From assembly GCF_009914755.1 (NCBI RefSeq), contig NC_060934.1: a stretch of DNA of 64,000 bases, one strand, 5' to 3'. Below, one piece after another: positions 26,603 to 40,270 of the stretch. The notes under the pieces were generated by a model. That model was not told where the DNA came from. It ran no database searches and saw only the letters and a program-made list of their open reading frames with translations. The DNA comes from the human T2T-CHM13v2.0 reference genome, Homo sapiens. The position numbers and the translations under genes were made by a program. Position 1 is the first letter of the stretch. Each line of letters begins with the position of its first letter.

Positions 26603-27065
26603 TATTTCTTCAGCTATTGCTGCCTAGAAAACTATGCAGAAACTTAGTGGTTTAATAAGAATTTATTATCTCCCATTGTTCTGTGGTTGGCTGGGTGGTC
26701 ACAGTCATATGTTGACTGGGGCTGTATTCATCTGAAGGCTCAGCTGGCCTAGGCACCCTGGATGGCTTGCTCGCCTGGCTGCAGGTTGATGCTGGAACTC
26801 ATGCATAGACTTAGACATAGACTCTTCATGTGGCATGGGTGCCTCACATCATGGCAACTGGATTCCAATAATGAGACTGCCAACAGACCCATGCAGAAGC
26901 TGCAAGGCTCCTTATGACCTGGCTTCAGAAGTCCTGTAGTTCCCTTCCGCCACATTCTATTGGCCACGCAAATCCCCAGGACCAGCCCAGATTCAAGGGG
27001 AAGGAAATCAGAGCCCACTTCTCAATGGGAGACATGACAAAGGAGGCCATCTTTAATTTGCTACA
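26603..27065 (-). mobile_element. MLT1 (MLT1F-H-like) solo LTR
   Basis: aacttagtggtttaa...gctgcaaggctccttatgacctggcttcagaagtc...cacattctattgg...cccagattcaagggg...ctaca. Confidence 0.85.
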
Positions 27066-27326
27066 AGGAAAGTGGAGAGAGTAGGAAAAGCAGAGGCTGT
27101 ACTGAACAGGTAAATTTGAGAATCATTGCAGTAAGAGTTTAGGGCAACATAGAATGAATTAAATTAAGTCAGCAGAAAGCTGGGTGGCATACCTTTAGGC
27201 ATTAGGTAGACAGGAATCAGTAGGACACCCTCTGTCTTTCAGCACTCATGTTCTATTAGGACACAGATATTAAGCAGACAGTCATTCGGATTTTAAGTTT
27301 TAAAACAGAAGTGCCTATGGTTCGTG

Positions 27327-27450
27327 AATCCATCCATCCATCCATCCATCAATCCATCCATCCATCCACCCACCCACCCATCCATCCATTCACTAACCTA
27401 TTCATCTATCCACCTATCTATCCACCCATCCATTCATTCATCTATCCATG
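27327..27450. repeat. (CATC)n/(CATT)n simple repeat, probably an L2 tail
   Basis: Seen directly; adjoins an antisense L2. Confidence 0.9.
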
Positions 27451-28000
27451 CATTAATTTTTTATTTATTTATTGAGGTCCTGGGGCTAAGATCTTAGATC
27501 ATTGAGCTTACGTTCTAATGGGGGGATAGATAGACCCATTGCAGGCAGTGATATGAAGAAAATAAGATGAGGAGGGGCAGTAAAGGGTGGGGTGGGAAAG
27601 GAGCTGCATTCCAGTTAGGGTGATGGGAGAAGTTTTCTCAGAGGACAGGAGAGATAGGATGGCACTTGTGGGATGAACAGGATCCAGCCAGGTAAAGATT
27701 TGGAGCAGAAACTATCAGGAAAACGCAAAGGTTCCTGGGGCACAAATGGGCTTGGGGTGTTCAAGGACCAAAGGAGGGCAGTGTGGCTGGAGCTCTGTGC
27801 CTGGGGAGCACAGAGGTGTGAGAGGTCAGGGAGGCCTGAAGCAGTGTTGGGAGTGCAGAGAGTCCAGGGCTTGCCCTTCCTGGGGCCACTGCTCTGTACA
27901 GAGCAGGTGATATGAGAGGTGGGTCTTCAGGGATAAAGGCTGCACTTGGCTTAAGTGAGTTTATAATGAGGGAGGGGTCATGGGAGGCTCAGGTTGGAGG
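27450..28000 (-). mobile_element. L2 fragment
   Basis: tttattgaggtcc..., gagcttacgttctaatgggg, ggtgttcaaggaccaaaggagggcagtgtggctggag. Confidence 0.75.
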
Positions 28001-28769
28001 CAGAGGAGGATACTAATAAAGATAACGAATATTTAGTTATCCCTAGTCATGTTCTTCTCACAGTCCCATTTAAGCTTTATAATCCCTATGCAAAGTGGGT
28101 GTTCTTATTATCCTAAATGGAGGGTCGGTGATCAGCGGTCACTTTCCGGGCTTGCTGACTTTGAGGTCCCCTTAGGAGGCATCTAGGTGGACACGTGTAA
28201 ATAAACCATTGAGATTACACCTTGCTCATATTTGGCACTCAGTAAATAAGTGTTGCATGTGATAGGGGTGAAATATAAAATTCAAAGTAGCTCCTCCATG
28301 GTGCTGAACTTGAGCTGCTAGAGAAGTGTCTATGTTACAGCTTGCTTGGCACTGAAATGAGGTTGCTGAAATGTGAATTCAAATCCACTCTAATTTCCAA
28401 TATGGACTTTTTGTGTTCATGTGGTGGTCATGTGTTTCTTTTTTGGGTGATGAGTCTCTGAACTCCATTCCTGTGTTTAGGCAGGGCCTTTCCCACCTTT
28501 ATTTTGCAGAGCCCAGCTCCCACTGAAGGCATATGACCCAGATCCTGAGAACCAGATGCACCGGCCTGAGCTTTCGTCAGAAGCAAGGACACACAGAACC
28601 TTTCTTAGAGGCATCATTAGAGGACCGGACATGGTGGCCAGAGGCTGCAGGGACAGAAGTCCCAGGGCCATGTCCAGGAACTGGGCTCAGGGGACCTCCT
28701 GGTGCCACCTGCATATCTGAGCCCATGGAGTTCCTCTGGTCTATTCAGTTCTCTCATTTTAACTTAATT

Positions 28770-29560
28770 TTGTTTTTGTAGGCTTTCTTAAAAAATTGCC
28801 CAGTTCATTTACCTGATCACGTTTATTGTTCAGAGTTGAGTGTGGTTCTCTCGTAATTATTTAGTCTCCACTGGGTCTGTGATTATATTTCCTTTCTTAT
28901 TGCTAATGCTGTTTGTGTTTGATTTTCTTCTTTTTTTTCTTGGCCTGACTTAAAGAGGTTTGTCTGTTTTATCTTTATTTTAAAAATAACCAACTGTTTA
29001 TTTTTACTTCTCCACTGTGATTTCCCCCTTTATTTCTTTAATGTTTGAGTTTATATTTTTTCCTATTTATTTTGGCTTAAATTTTATTATCATTTTGCTA
29101 TATCCTTGTGTCAAGCGCTTAATTCAATTATTTTGTTATTTTGACTTCTAAAAAATCAGTTAATTCTATAAGTTTTCCTCTATGTACTACATTGAGCAAA
29201 CTCCACAGATTTCTGTAGGGGGCATACTAATTGTAATTCAATTTCGTTTTCCATGTGTAGGTCCAGATTTATTTGAATGTCCAAATACTTAGAATTGTAG
29301 GCTCTTGTTTTGTTATTAAAGTCTGGTTTTATTACATTGTGTTTAGAGAAAATAATATGGAGGATTTTAATTTTAGATAAAGCATTAATATCTTTTTTAT
29401 CCTCAAACATGATCAATTTTTGACAGTGTTCCAAAAATATACTATGAAATATATATTATCTGTTGGAATAGAGTAATATATATACACACTCTGCCATGTG
29501 CATATGTTTATATATCATATTTAGTCAATGGTAGTTGTGTTAGCCAAGTCCTGGAGTCAT
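28770..29560 (-). mobile_element. Ancient L1M ORF2 fragment
   Basis: ORF 29180-29434 KIKILHIIFSKHNVIKPDFNNK resembles the L1 EN C-terminus K.EI...IFSDHNGIKLEINNK. Confidence 0.8.
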
Positions 29561-29673
29561 CTCGATTCAAGTTTGTTGAGGCAGAATTGTCAATTTCGTC
29601 CTCAGCTCAGCTTCAACTACTTAACAGAACCTGATTCATATAGGAATTAAGTAAATGTTTGTTGAATGAAATT

Positions 29674-30176
29674 CAGTGTCCCCAACCTTTTTGGCACCAG
29701 GGACTGGTTTTGTTGAAGACAGTTTTTCCATGGATGATGGTAGGGGATGGTTTCAGGATGATTCAAGTGCATTACCTTTATTGTGCACTCTATTTCTATT
29801 ATTATTACACTGTAATTAATGAAATGATGGTAAAACTCACAATAATGTAGAAATCAGTGGGAGCTCTGAGCTTGTTTTCCTACAACTAGATGGTCCTCTC
29901 TGGGGGTGATGGGAGACAGTGACAGATCACCAGGCATTACATTCTCATAAGGAGTGTGCAACCTAATATAGATTCCTCGCATGCACAGACCACAATAGGG
30001 TTCGTGCTTCTAGGAGACTCTAATGCCACCACTGATCTGACAGGGGGTGGAGCTCAGGTGGTAATGTGAGCCAGGAGGAGTGGCTGTAAATACAGATAAC
30101 ACTTCGCTCACTCACTTGCCAGTCACCTCCTTCTGTGTGGCCTGGTTCCTAATGGGCCATGGACTGGTACTGGTTC
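29674..30176. mobile_element. MER1A hAT-Charlie element, one end truncated
   Basis: Starts cagtgtccccaacctttttggcaccagggactgg; MER1A-specific internal ttattgtgcactctatttctattattattac; distal TIR absent. Confidence 0.9.
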
Positions 30177-30269
30177 ATGTAGCTTTGCTAAATTTTTCTG
30201 CATTTAAAATATATTTTATTGAGATATTTCTGGAACTTTTGGGTGCCTAGATTTGTGATGTTATACAGT

Positions 30270-30620
30270 GGTGCTCATTTTAGGAATATTTATTAAATGC
30301 TTTTGGTGTGCTGGGCACTGTGCTAAGCACTAGAAATACAATGGCAGATAAAAGAATCTAGTGGCCTCCTGCACTTTATGATTCATACATTATAGCTACA
30401 AAACAAACAATAAACAAGCAGATAAATAAGTATTAATTTAAAAGAATCCCAGTTGGTGCTATGAAGGAAACAAATGAGCAGCCTTTTCAAGGTATGGAGG
30501 GGATGGGACTGTTTGTGGGACGGTCAGGAAGGTCTCCCTGGGGAGGGCGCACTGAAGCCAAGGCCAGAGGACAGGTGGCCAGCCCCATGAAAAGCTGGGG
30601 CAGGCTTCCAGGCAAAGAGA
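30270..30620 (-). mobile_element. L2 fragment
   Basis: aatatttattaaatgcttttggtgtgctgggcactgtgctaagcactag. Confidence 0.75.
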
Positions 30621-30770
30621 CCATGCCTTTTGTTAATGTGGCATCCCCTTCTCTCATTTAATGTGTTACCTTGAGTTCTACGTTGGAAATACTGCTTCTG
30701 TCTTCTTTTTGTTAGTGCTTACATGATCCATATTTATCTACACAATTATACAATCCATACAATTAGGTAT

Positions 30771-31240
30771 TATGATGGTTAATTTTATGTGTCAATGTGG
30801 TGTGCCTAAGGGATGCCCAGATGGCTGGCAGTGCATTATATCCGGTGTGTCTGTGTGGGTGTTTTGGAAGAGGCTGGCATTTGAATCGTGGACTGAATAA
30901 GAAGACCCATCCTCACCAGCGCAGGCAGGCATTGTCCAATCCATTGAGGGCCTGAATAGAACAAAAAGGTGGAGGAAAAGTGGATCTACCCTCTCCTGCT
31001 TGAGTGGAGACATCCATCCTCTCCTGCCCTTGAGCACTGGTGCTCCTGGTTCTCAGGTTTCCCTACCCAAACCGGGACTTAGGCCATCAGCCACCGCCTT
31101 CCCCATTTCTCAAGCCTTAGGGCTCAGGCTGCATGTCACCACCGGCTTCCCTGCTTCCTAGCTGACAGATGGCAGATTGCAGAAATTCTCAGCCTCCACA
31201 ACCACGTGAGCCACTTCCCTGAATAAGTCTCCTCTTCATA
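30771..31240 (+). mobile_element. MLT2 (ERVL) LTR, 3' end lost
   Basis: tatgatggttaattttatgtgtcaa...ccaatccattgagggcctgaatagaacaaaaagg...cagcctccacaaccacgtgagcc. Confidence 0.9.
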
Positions 31241-31474
31241 CAGTCCTCCCTTGGTGTGGGTGGGGATTCGTTCCAGGACCCCCGAGTATATCAAACTCCA
31301 TGCATACTCAAGTCCCGCTGTCAGCCCTGCAGAACCCGTGTGTAAGGAAAGGCAGGCTTCTGCATAAGCAGCCTTCGCTTGCTGGGAATACTGTGTTTTC
31401 CATCAGAGTTTGGTTGGAAAATCTGAGTATAAGTGGATCCATGCATTGAAACCTGTGTTGTTCAAGGGACAAGC
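31241..31474. mobile_element. MER8 (TcMar-Tigger) element
   Basis: After TA: cagtcctcccttgg...ttccaggacccc...catactcaagtccc...aaacctgtgttgttcaaggg. Confidence 0.85.
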
Positions 31475-31879
31475 ATCGAGGATAGACACAGGCTACTGGA
31501 GACAAATATGGGAATGTGGCTATGGGCAAGACAGTGCTGGTGGGGCAGGCATCACTCCAACAAGCGGACAACAGCAGGGATCAGTGAGTTGCCAGGGGTC
31601 TGGGCATGAGTGCTGAACAAGTTGGAGGTCTTCCTTGGAGCCGGCCTCAGGCTGGGAGAGGATTGTGGGGCCTGAGCGGCTCCAGCCTGGATGGGTCCAG
31701 TCAGGAACTCTGCAAGAGGAGCTCACCTGTGCACACAGGGATGCATACTGGGAGAGAGGAGAAGCCGGGGTCAGAGGCTCTGGCCCTCTTGCACTGCATG
31801 TGGGGAGCTGCAACTCAGGGAGGCTGCTGGGCAATGGTCAGTGCCAACAGAGTGGATGCATCACAGCCATGAAGCTGTG

Positions 31880-32240
31880 GTCATGCAGAGCACAGCATGA
31901 GAGCCTCTGACCGAGTTGTCTGACTGGGGTTGTGGATGGAGTTGATGGGCACAGGGAAGAGAGGAGGAGGGGCTTGCTTAGCAGAAAAGATACTGAGTTG
32001 AGTTGGGGGCATGTGGAATTTGAGGTGCCTGTGGGAGACCCATTTGAGATGTTCAGTAGACAAGTGGGGGCACCCAGTTGAGCACTGGAAATGGGGCTCT
32101 GGACCCTTGAAGAGAAGCCAGCAGTTGGGTCATTGCATGAGAGGTGGTTGTGGTGATGATGGGAACTGGTAAGATTGCTCAGGTTAAAATGAAGAAAACA
32201 AGCCAAGGAAAAACGATGGTCAAGGCAAATACAGTAAGGA
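31880..32240 (-). mobile_element. L2 fragment
   Basis: tgagttgagttgggggcatgtggaatttgaggtgcctgtgggagacc. Confidence 0.7.
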
Positions 32241-33428
32241 TCGACGGCATCCTTGAAGTACTTCTTTGTCTCCAAGAGCATTCATTCTATTTCATGTGCA
32301 ATGAGAATTCTAGCATTTTAGCACTGTTTAAAATTAATGACTCAGAGGGAATTCTGGCCCCACACAAGCGCCTGCTAGATGGGTAAGCCTCGCTGCCTGC
32401 CTTTCTGAATTGCTTGTCGCACAATTGGGCCATTCACTGTGTTCCGGGCCCTCTGTGTGTTTCCTCTTTTCCAGCTTAGACCTATTTGTTAGGGAAAACA
32501 ATCTACTTCTCAGGGTTTCAGTTTTATGTACTGTTGATCTATTGCTTTATTTCTCTAATCTCTTTCCCACAGTCAATAGTTTTTACTACCTGGAGCTGAA
32601 AACAGCCTACAGGATACCAAAGCGTGAGTTTATTTAGAACAAAGAAGACCCTCTGATTCCAGTGAGGTCAGGGAGGAGGCCAAACAGTCAACCCACTTGC
32701 TTAGGACATGTGGCCTAAACCGTAATTTGACTTTGCGTTCACTTTTCAACTAGTTGCATTGGCCTTATGGTTTTTATTAAACTGTAAATCTCTTTACCAC
32801 ATTGAAAATTGTGGAACGCATTTCTTCTTCTCGAGTCTGTGCATCTGAAGGCCATAGGTGGACAAGTGCACAGCGCCAGTGGAAAATGGCTTTTCTGGAA
32901 TATGAGGTTCGGTCCTCAGAGACTAAGAGCACTCCATGTGGTGGGCAATAAATCTGAATTCTGCTGCGTTTAATTAAGGTAATTTTCCTACTTAGCTCCA
33001 CATGTGGAGATGAGATTCAATTTTACTGTGCCTTAAAGAACATGTCCTTTCAAACGTGTCACCAGAATGGAATGCGACCACAGATCGACATGTGACGAGC
33101 CTCTATCGCCTCAAGGGAGAAGAACTGTGGCAGGAACGCAATCTGTCCCGTTCTCCTGCTCCTGTGGGTTTTTCCATTGCATGGATATGGGTTGTGAGGG
33201 AATGGAGTCCCTCTACAGAGATATCAGATGCAGATGGAGGGCAGAGCAGGGTGAGAAGTTGAGCCAGAGGAGGAGACAGATTGTTGGATAATGTTTTCTT
33301 GCTAGGTACAGTGTCAGTGAATAAATATTTTGATCATCAGAAAGACCAAGGATCCATATTCCTGACTCTTTTGCAGAATAATTAATAAACGTTATGGGAA
33401 TCACCTAGTATCTCCATATCATCCATAC

Positions 33429-33954
33429 TGTGAGGGTTGATTTTATGTGTTGACTTGACCAGGTTAAGGATGCAGACAGCTGGTCAGACATTATTTCTGG
33501 GTGTGCTCGTGAGTGTGTTTCCAGAAGAGATGAGCTTTTGAATCAGTGGACTGAGTAAGAAGGTCCGCCCTCACCCATGTGATTGGGCACCATGCAATCT
33601 GTTGAGGGCCCAAAAAGAACCGAAAGGCAGAAGGGAAAATTCTCTCTTTCTCTCCTTGGGCTGGGTTGCCCCTTTTCTCCTGCCTGCAGACACAAGCACT
33701 TTTGGTTCTCAGGCCTGCAGACTCAGACTTGAACCTACACTGTTGGCTTTCTTGATTCTCAGGCCTTCAGGTTTGGGCTGAATCACACCACTGGCTTTCC
33801 TGGGCTCCAGGGTGTCGATGGCAGATCGTGGGGTCTCTCAGCCTCCACAATCCCATGAGCCAATTCCCATAATCAATCTCTTTTTATCTATATCTATATA
33901 TAGATATCTCTCTCTCTATCTTATTATTCTGTTTCTCTGGAGAATGCTAATACA
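33429..33954 (+). mobile_element. MLT2 (MLT2B/C-like) solo LTR
   Basis: TG...CA termini (tgtgagggttgattttatgtg ... ctctggagaatgctaataca) with the internal (TA)/(TC) tract. Confidence 0.9.
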
Positions 33955-35494
33955 GAGTTCTTGAAAAGACTCTGAAAACAACCACATCACCACCAAGGGA
34001 ACATGGAGCCTCCTGGGTCACGAGAGGCCTGAGAGGCATGGTGGACGTGCCTGAGTTTCCTCTACAGGGTTCTTGTTAAGAGGTGGCCCAACCCATGCTT
34101 GGCCACGTTGAGAAAAAGGAAACGCATCCTCCCAAAGGAAGGCCCGTTCCACTGCTGGAGAATTCAGGCTACTGAAAGCTTCTTGCTTATGTGATTTTGC
34201 CCAATTCCGTTTCCGAGTCTGTCCCTTTTGTTCTAGTCCCTTCTTTTAGAGGAACATGGAGCAATAACAATGACTCTTACCGAGGCCAATTCTCTATTAG
34301 GCTCCAGGCAGCCAAGGTGACAAAGGATGTGTATCCTCATCCTTCAGAAGGTGATAGTTGAGAGGAGCGTGGGAGAAAACCATAAGCCCCCCAAGGTTAG
34401 GGTCACATCTATTCATCTGTATTTTGGTGACTAGCAGAGCACCTGGCAAAAAGTAGACTCTTCAGATAGTTTTGAGAGGCCCGGGAAACACAAGAACTAC
34501 ATTACCCTTCTCTAGTTACTCTTCTATCCTGTTGTCAAACTTGGCCTCACCAGTGAAAACCTGCCTCACCTTGGTGGCTACTCCAGCTAAGCTCCTGCTT
34601 CCTGCCCTCACAGCTGGCTTACAGCATCAAGCCCCATGGGATGAGTGCTCCATCCTGACTGCCATGTCTGCACTGTGTCTGCACAGTGTCTGTGAGGCCC
34701 CATCTGTCATGACCCGATGCTGGCCAGCCTGGCCTGGGCAGAGCTCCGAGGAGCATGTGAGTGCTTGAACACATGCACAATGCAACCCCCACCATGGAGT
34801 CTATGCTTCTTGGATGCTCACTCCACGAGGTGAGGGGCATGGGATAGTTGTCTCTGCTCTGTGTGAACTCAGTCTGGCCTGGTAGATAACACAGACATGC
34901 AAGGCAACTGTGGTAAGTGACAGAGAAGCTGCCAGTTGGCCCTGTAGTTGAGAGGAAGAGTAATGTGCAGTGTCAGCGTGCTGTCCAAGGAGTTCTTGGC
35001 ATGGCTGGAGGCACTTCACACCTGAAGATGGCTGGTCAGACCACTGGAACATCCCTCGTTAGGCACCATGTGTCAGAAGCCTCATTAGTGTATCAAGGAA
35101 TGCTCAGGCTTCCTGGAGGATTCATCCATTCACAGTTGCTAAAAGGAAGCCTACCGTGTGCTAGATGGGGCTGCCCCAGTGCCCTGGGCCAGGTCCCTGC
35201 TGTTCAATTGGGTGGGATGAAATATATAAACATGAAATAAATGAAAATATAGGGTGTGCAAGACAGGGCTGGCAGGGAAGGGCTCATGTAGCAGGGACAT
35301 CTGAGTGAGACTGGCCGGCGGCAAAGGGATGGCCACAGTCTTAGGTCAGGTGAGCAGGAGTGACAGGCGGACTCCATGTGAGAAGGGAAAGGGCACTAGA
35401 AGTTGGGGAGCAGCAGGGACCAGGCCCTCCACCTTTGTGACCTTGTCCTGCTGTTTAAGGAGTCCAGTGCATTCTGCATTGGCGATTACCTAGT

Positions 35495-35610
35495 TAGGGT
35501 GACCAGAGTGAGCAAATAAAACACAAGATGCCCAGTTAAATTTGAATTTTAGATAAACAGTAAATTTTTCAGTTGTACTACACAAAGGAACATATTAAAA
35601 TTCTTTGCTG
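35495..35610. mobile_element. MER53 hAT MITE (partial)
   Basis: tagggtgaccaga...gcaaataaa...gatgcccagttaaatttgaatttt.agataaaca. Confidence 0.8.
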
Positions 35611-35639
35611 TGGAGGCAAATATAAAACTAGGTAGAATA

Positions 35640-35940
35640 GGCAAGGTGTGGTGGCTCATGCTTGTAATCCCAACATTTGGGAGGTCGAGGTGGGAGGATG
35701 GTTTGAGTCCAGGAGTTTGAGAGCAGCCTTGGCAACATAGACCCCATATCTACAAAAAAAATTAGCTGGTGTGGTGGCATGCCCCTGTAGTCCCAGCTAC
35801 TCAAGAGGCTGAGTCAGGAGGATTGTTTGAGCCCAGGAGGTGGAGGCTGCAGTGTGCTGTGATCATGCCACTGCACTCTAGCCTATGTGGCAAAGCAAGA
35901 CCATGTCTCAAAAAAAAAAAAAAAAGAAAGAAAAAGAATA
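35640..35940 (+). mobile_element. AluJ
   Basis: J-type diagnostics (gggaggatggtttgagtccagg; gaggctgcagtg.gctgtgatc) and an A-rich tail. Confidence 0.93.
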
Positions 35941-38900
35941 AGAAAATAGGATGTAAGAAAGAAGAGAGAGAGAAGTCACAGTTACCATTGCTAGTGGGAG
36001 GTGACTAGGTAGAAAACTCCAGGTTGGCTAACCTCCCTTCAGCTTTGCCAAGAGACCAGTCTATGCCATGGCCAGTGATGGACCCAGCCCAAGGTGCACA
36101 CAGGTGATTGGGTTGGGGAGAGTGTGGAAGACCAAGTCTGGTTTTCCTTCCCTTCAGAACCCACTACAGAAATGAACAGTGGGGGACTCCAGTTCTCACC
36201 CTGGAGCCAAGATGGCAAGGTGACAGCATGTCATAACAGCTGTTCAGAGCTAGGACTCAGGGATCAAGCTGAGCTGCACACCAACTGGGGTGCTGTGGGC
36301 GAGCAATCCCTTATTATATCTAAGGCAGATAAGAGAAGGAGTTAACCCCTAAGGATCTTGTAAGGATTAAATTAGTTAATGTAGGGAAAGGTGTTAGTTA
36401 AATTCCTGGTCCATAGTATCTATTTTATTTTAATTCCTAAGAAAATATAGTATCTCTGTGTCTGCTTCATCGACCAGACTGTATTGCAGATGGTTTAAGA
36501 CCAGGCAGCAAATTTGAGGTGGAGTCATGGTTATCAGAATGGCTGCCCAGACCACAAAGCTGATTTATCTCAATCATAACAGCAGCAAATTCCTGTTATT
36601 GTAGTGAATCACAGCATGTAAGCGCACAGATGCAGGCGCCGGGGTTCAGAGGGCTGGGTTGTGTGGGGAGGGTAACGAAAAACAGACACTTGCAGGGCCC
36701 TAACAATGTGTGTAGCAACTGAACCTGCAGCCTGCTTACACAAAACAGGCCTTAATGAAACTCAGTTTCAAAATGGAATATTTTTCCTAAATGATAAGGT
36801 ATTGCATATGGTTCTTTTCCCATTGTGTAGTAATTCCTTCTAAAGCAAACATTTTAAAGATTTTAACTGAGGTTGGAAAACTAAAACTTGCCTCAGTATA
36901 AAAATGTCGAAGCCATCTGCTAGAAAATCACAGCTCTGCGATATAAAACACCCAGAGCTGTGTTGCTCAAACTAATTTAATCACAAAATACCATTTCCTT
37001 GATCCGAAGGGAAACATTTCTACTTGGCCACTAGAGCTTTCTGGAGAAAGGCACTTATATTTGCAGTAAGGTATATTAGTAATTTTGAATTTCAAAGAGA
37101 AAACAGAGCAGGGATTTTGGAAAACATATGTTGAAAGGGTAATTTCAATTCTTTGCAGATGAGAAAAGTTTTTGTTAAAACAACTGACAGACACTGAGAA
37201 ACATGGCCATCAGTTTGAAGGAAAGTAATTGAGTTGTGCAGTTTGCATTTTATTTTGCACAAGTTTAACAATTAAAAGCTTTTCTGTACTATGAGAACAA
37301 AACCCCCCAAACACCAATGCAATGGCAGAAAGTTGGGAGTCAAATCAGGCAGCACACACACGAACACTGTGTTCACATGATGAGGACCACATTTTTGAGA
37401 CATTTTCTGAAAAGAACCTGTATATGTGTGTGTGTGTATGTATATATTCTTTTTTCCTGCCAGAATCTCTTGTTGAATGATCATCAAGTTAGTTCTGGAA
37501 AATAGGTTCCAATATTGCTCCATTCATTGGCATAGGTTGACTTTATCTTATTCCAATTTAATTGGCAGCTGTTTTCTTAGATAGTTTTGCATAAAATGGT
37601 GCTCAGAGAACAAGTAGAGTTTTAAACATGACACAGTCGTGTATTTGAGGATGTTTATGTTATATATGTGCTTGTTAATTTAGTAGTTATGAGTTTAATA
37701 ATAACTTTGAGCTCTTTAGACATGGATCCTCATATATATTAACAAAATCAGCTGTGTGCCTTAACCAACAGTGAGCATATTTTTTAAAATGGGCCTCTGA
37801 ATTGAAAATTTAAAAAAACCCTTCAGCATCCTATTAGGATTGATTAACCCACAGGAGGGTAATCCTGGTAAGCAAACGTAACCAAGATTCTCCTTCCCCA
37901 GTGATTCCAAGTGCAGCCTGGCTCTCCTGGTCAGGTGCTTCCTTTACTCAATATTTCCTGATCTGTTCCTAGATCCTAATACCACCCTCTGCGTCAACCT
38001 GTGAATGCATCCTCACTACCAGGGCTCAGGACTTGGAGCCGGGATTTTGCTGACATGGTCTTTTCTCTGGTTGTCACCTTCCATTTCTTCTTTGGTTTGC
38101 CTTTCATTTTAATGCCAGATTTTCTAAGTGTAAGAAAGGAGGGTGGAGAGTGGGCAGAAGTCATTGTTTCCATCATGAAAGTCAACATCAGTATTTCCTG
38201 TCCTGGGGACAAACCAGTGCCTCATGTTTCTGGAAACGCTGCAGCATTTAACTTCAATTTTAATCTGGATAACGCCAAAGCTTTTCCTCAAATTCACCCC
38301 TGGAGTCAGCTCATAGATGCTCTGATTTTGTCTACCATTGCTCCTCCTTAATATCTCTCGCACAGGTGCCATTGACCTTTAGATGGGCTGTACGGTGTGG
38401 GGTTCGGTGCCATGGATCTGCTTCTCCAGGGACCAGGATCTTGAGATCTTCAGGCTGGGTTTCCATGGAGGCATGGAGCTGCTTTTCCTCCTTCATAACT
38501 GCACTCAAAACAGCCCTGTTGCTCTAGAATGGAGACTTGGGCAACTCCTTCTGGCACAGATTTGTTCACCTCAGGTGAAATTCAGATAGAAGCAAGCTGC
38601 AGGCAGTTTCACCTCTAAGTCCATGGGTTCTCAACTGGTAACGTCCTCTTATGGATGTTAGCCCATGAGGTCAATCCTGTAGCAATCTAAGGCTTGAGAA
38701 AAATTAATCTTCTGGAAAATTCCAAGAATACATCTTAGGGAAACTGGCTCTACCTTTATGACTTGGATCACACAAGGATATGCTTTTCATCTTGGACTAG
38801 AACTGAGAGCCAATGGATGTGTTATCTAAAACTATCCCAGTGTGTTCACTATACAGAGGAAGATTCTGAGATTCAAGACTCAAGACTGAAGAAGATCATT

Positions 38901-40087
38901 ATTTTTATTATTTTAGTCTTATGCACAAAATGATATCTACTGAATAAGCAGGTTTTTAATAGGTGACTTATATATGTTAGCAAAAATAAACACTTTGTCT
39001 TTTAGATCTATTCTAGTTTTTCAGTAGCTGTAGACTTAAGTGCTAACTTTTAGCCCATAGGATAAGAAGAAACCAAGTCCTAAAAGTAGGCCAGCACCAG
39101 GGTTCAGGCCTCTGACTTCAAGCCAAGGGCTCATCATCTTGAATTGCGCACGAATTTTTACACAGCGCCAAAGGAAACTGCCTGTACTTACTGTTGTAGG
39201 TAAGACAAACCTTTGCTTATTTTTACTTCTCATGAATAAATAGTTGCAAGAAGAACTGCTGAAACAAAGGGCATTAATGAGCTTTTGCTACATATAAATA
39301 GGGAGTGTGAACCAGCAGTGTGGCGGAAGAACATTTTCCCCTCAACTACGGCAGGACTATGCGATGTTCTCCAATGAGCTCATCTTGTCAATAATGTGTA
39401 GACCTTCATGTGCTTTTTAATTATGTGCTGATTTTATTACAAGTGAACCTGTCCTCTTGTTTGTTCCCTTATACATATTCACTGTCTTTATACCTTTCCT
39501 TTCCCTCCACGAACTGTCTGCTCATATCTTTTGCCCTTTCAGAGGGAATAGTCTGTTTTTTCTTATAGGCTTATAATATTTTAAATGTAATGATAATGTT
39601 AAGATTTTTTTGACATGTACTTTATACTTTCCCAGTTCATTATGTATATTTAAATGTTTCACTAATATTTTAAAACATACATCTTTTCTTAAATTTTCCA
39701 TGGTTTTATCTCTTAGCCATTATGCTTTTGCTTTCTGTGGTATATTCCTGGGGAGTGTCTCACTGAGACCCTTCGGTTTCTCTAAGTTGGTAACTTTATC
39801 TCCCGTGATGAGAAAGCTTTTCAAAGGGAGAGCGTGACCATTTCCATATAGAGTACAGTGTTGTTTTGGGGTTTAAGATTCTATTCCCGGGTGTCATCAC
39901 TTCTTTTTAAATTTAACTTTGTTATGGAAAATCTTAAGCATATGTAGAAGTAGAACAAATAGTCTAATGAAACCTCACTTGTTCATAACCTGGCTTCAAT
40001 AATGATCAGTACTTAGCTATTCTTACTTCATCTACCCCTTTACTCTGTGTTTTATTTTTCCTGGAGTATTTTGAAGCAAATTCTAGA

Positions 40088-40119
<32 letters not shown>

Positions 40120-40270
40120 CCAATATAGTATATATATACACACACACCGTATTGGTATTGATATATATATATATACACCATAAAATATGGATATATTTTA
40201 CAACATAAAATATGGTGTGTGTGTATATTATATATATAATGTGTATAATACACACACACACACACACACC
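40088..40270. repeat. (TA)n/(CA)n microsatellite patchwork
   Basis: Seen directly; contains internal inverted segments. Confidence 0.9.

Noticed and set aside
30771-33954. Two co-oriented MLT2 LTRs as one ERVL provirus
   Set aside because: The intervening DNA is MER8, L2 and unique sequence, not ERVL internal sequence; the LTRs differ substantially and share no TSD.
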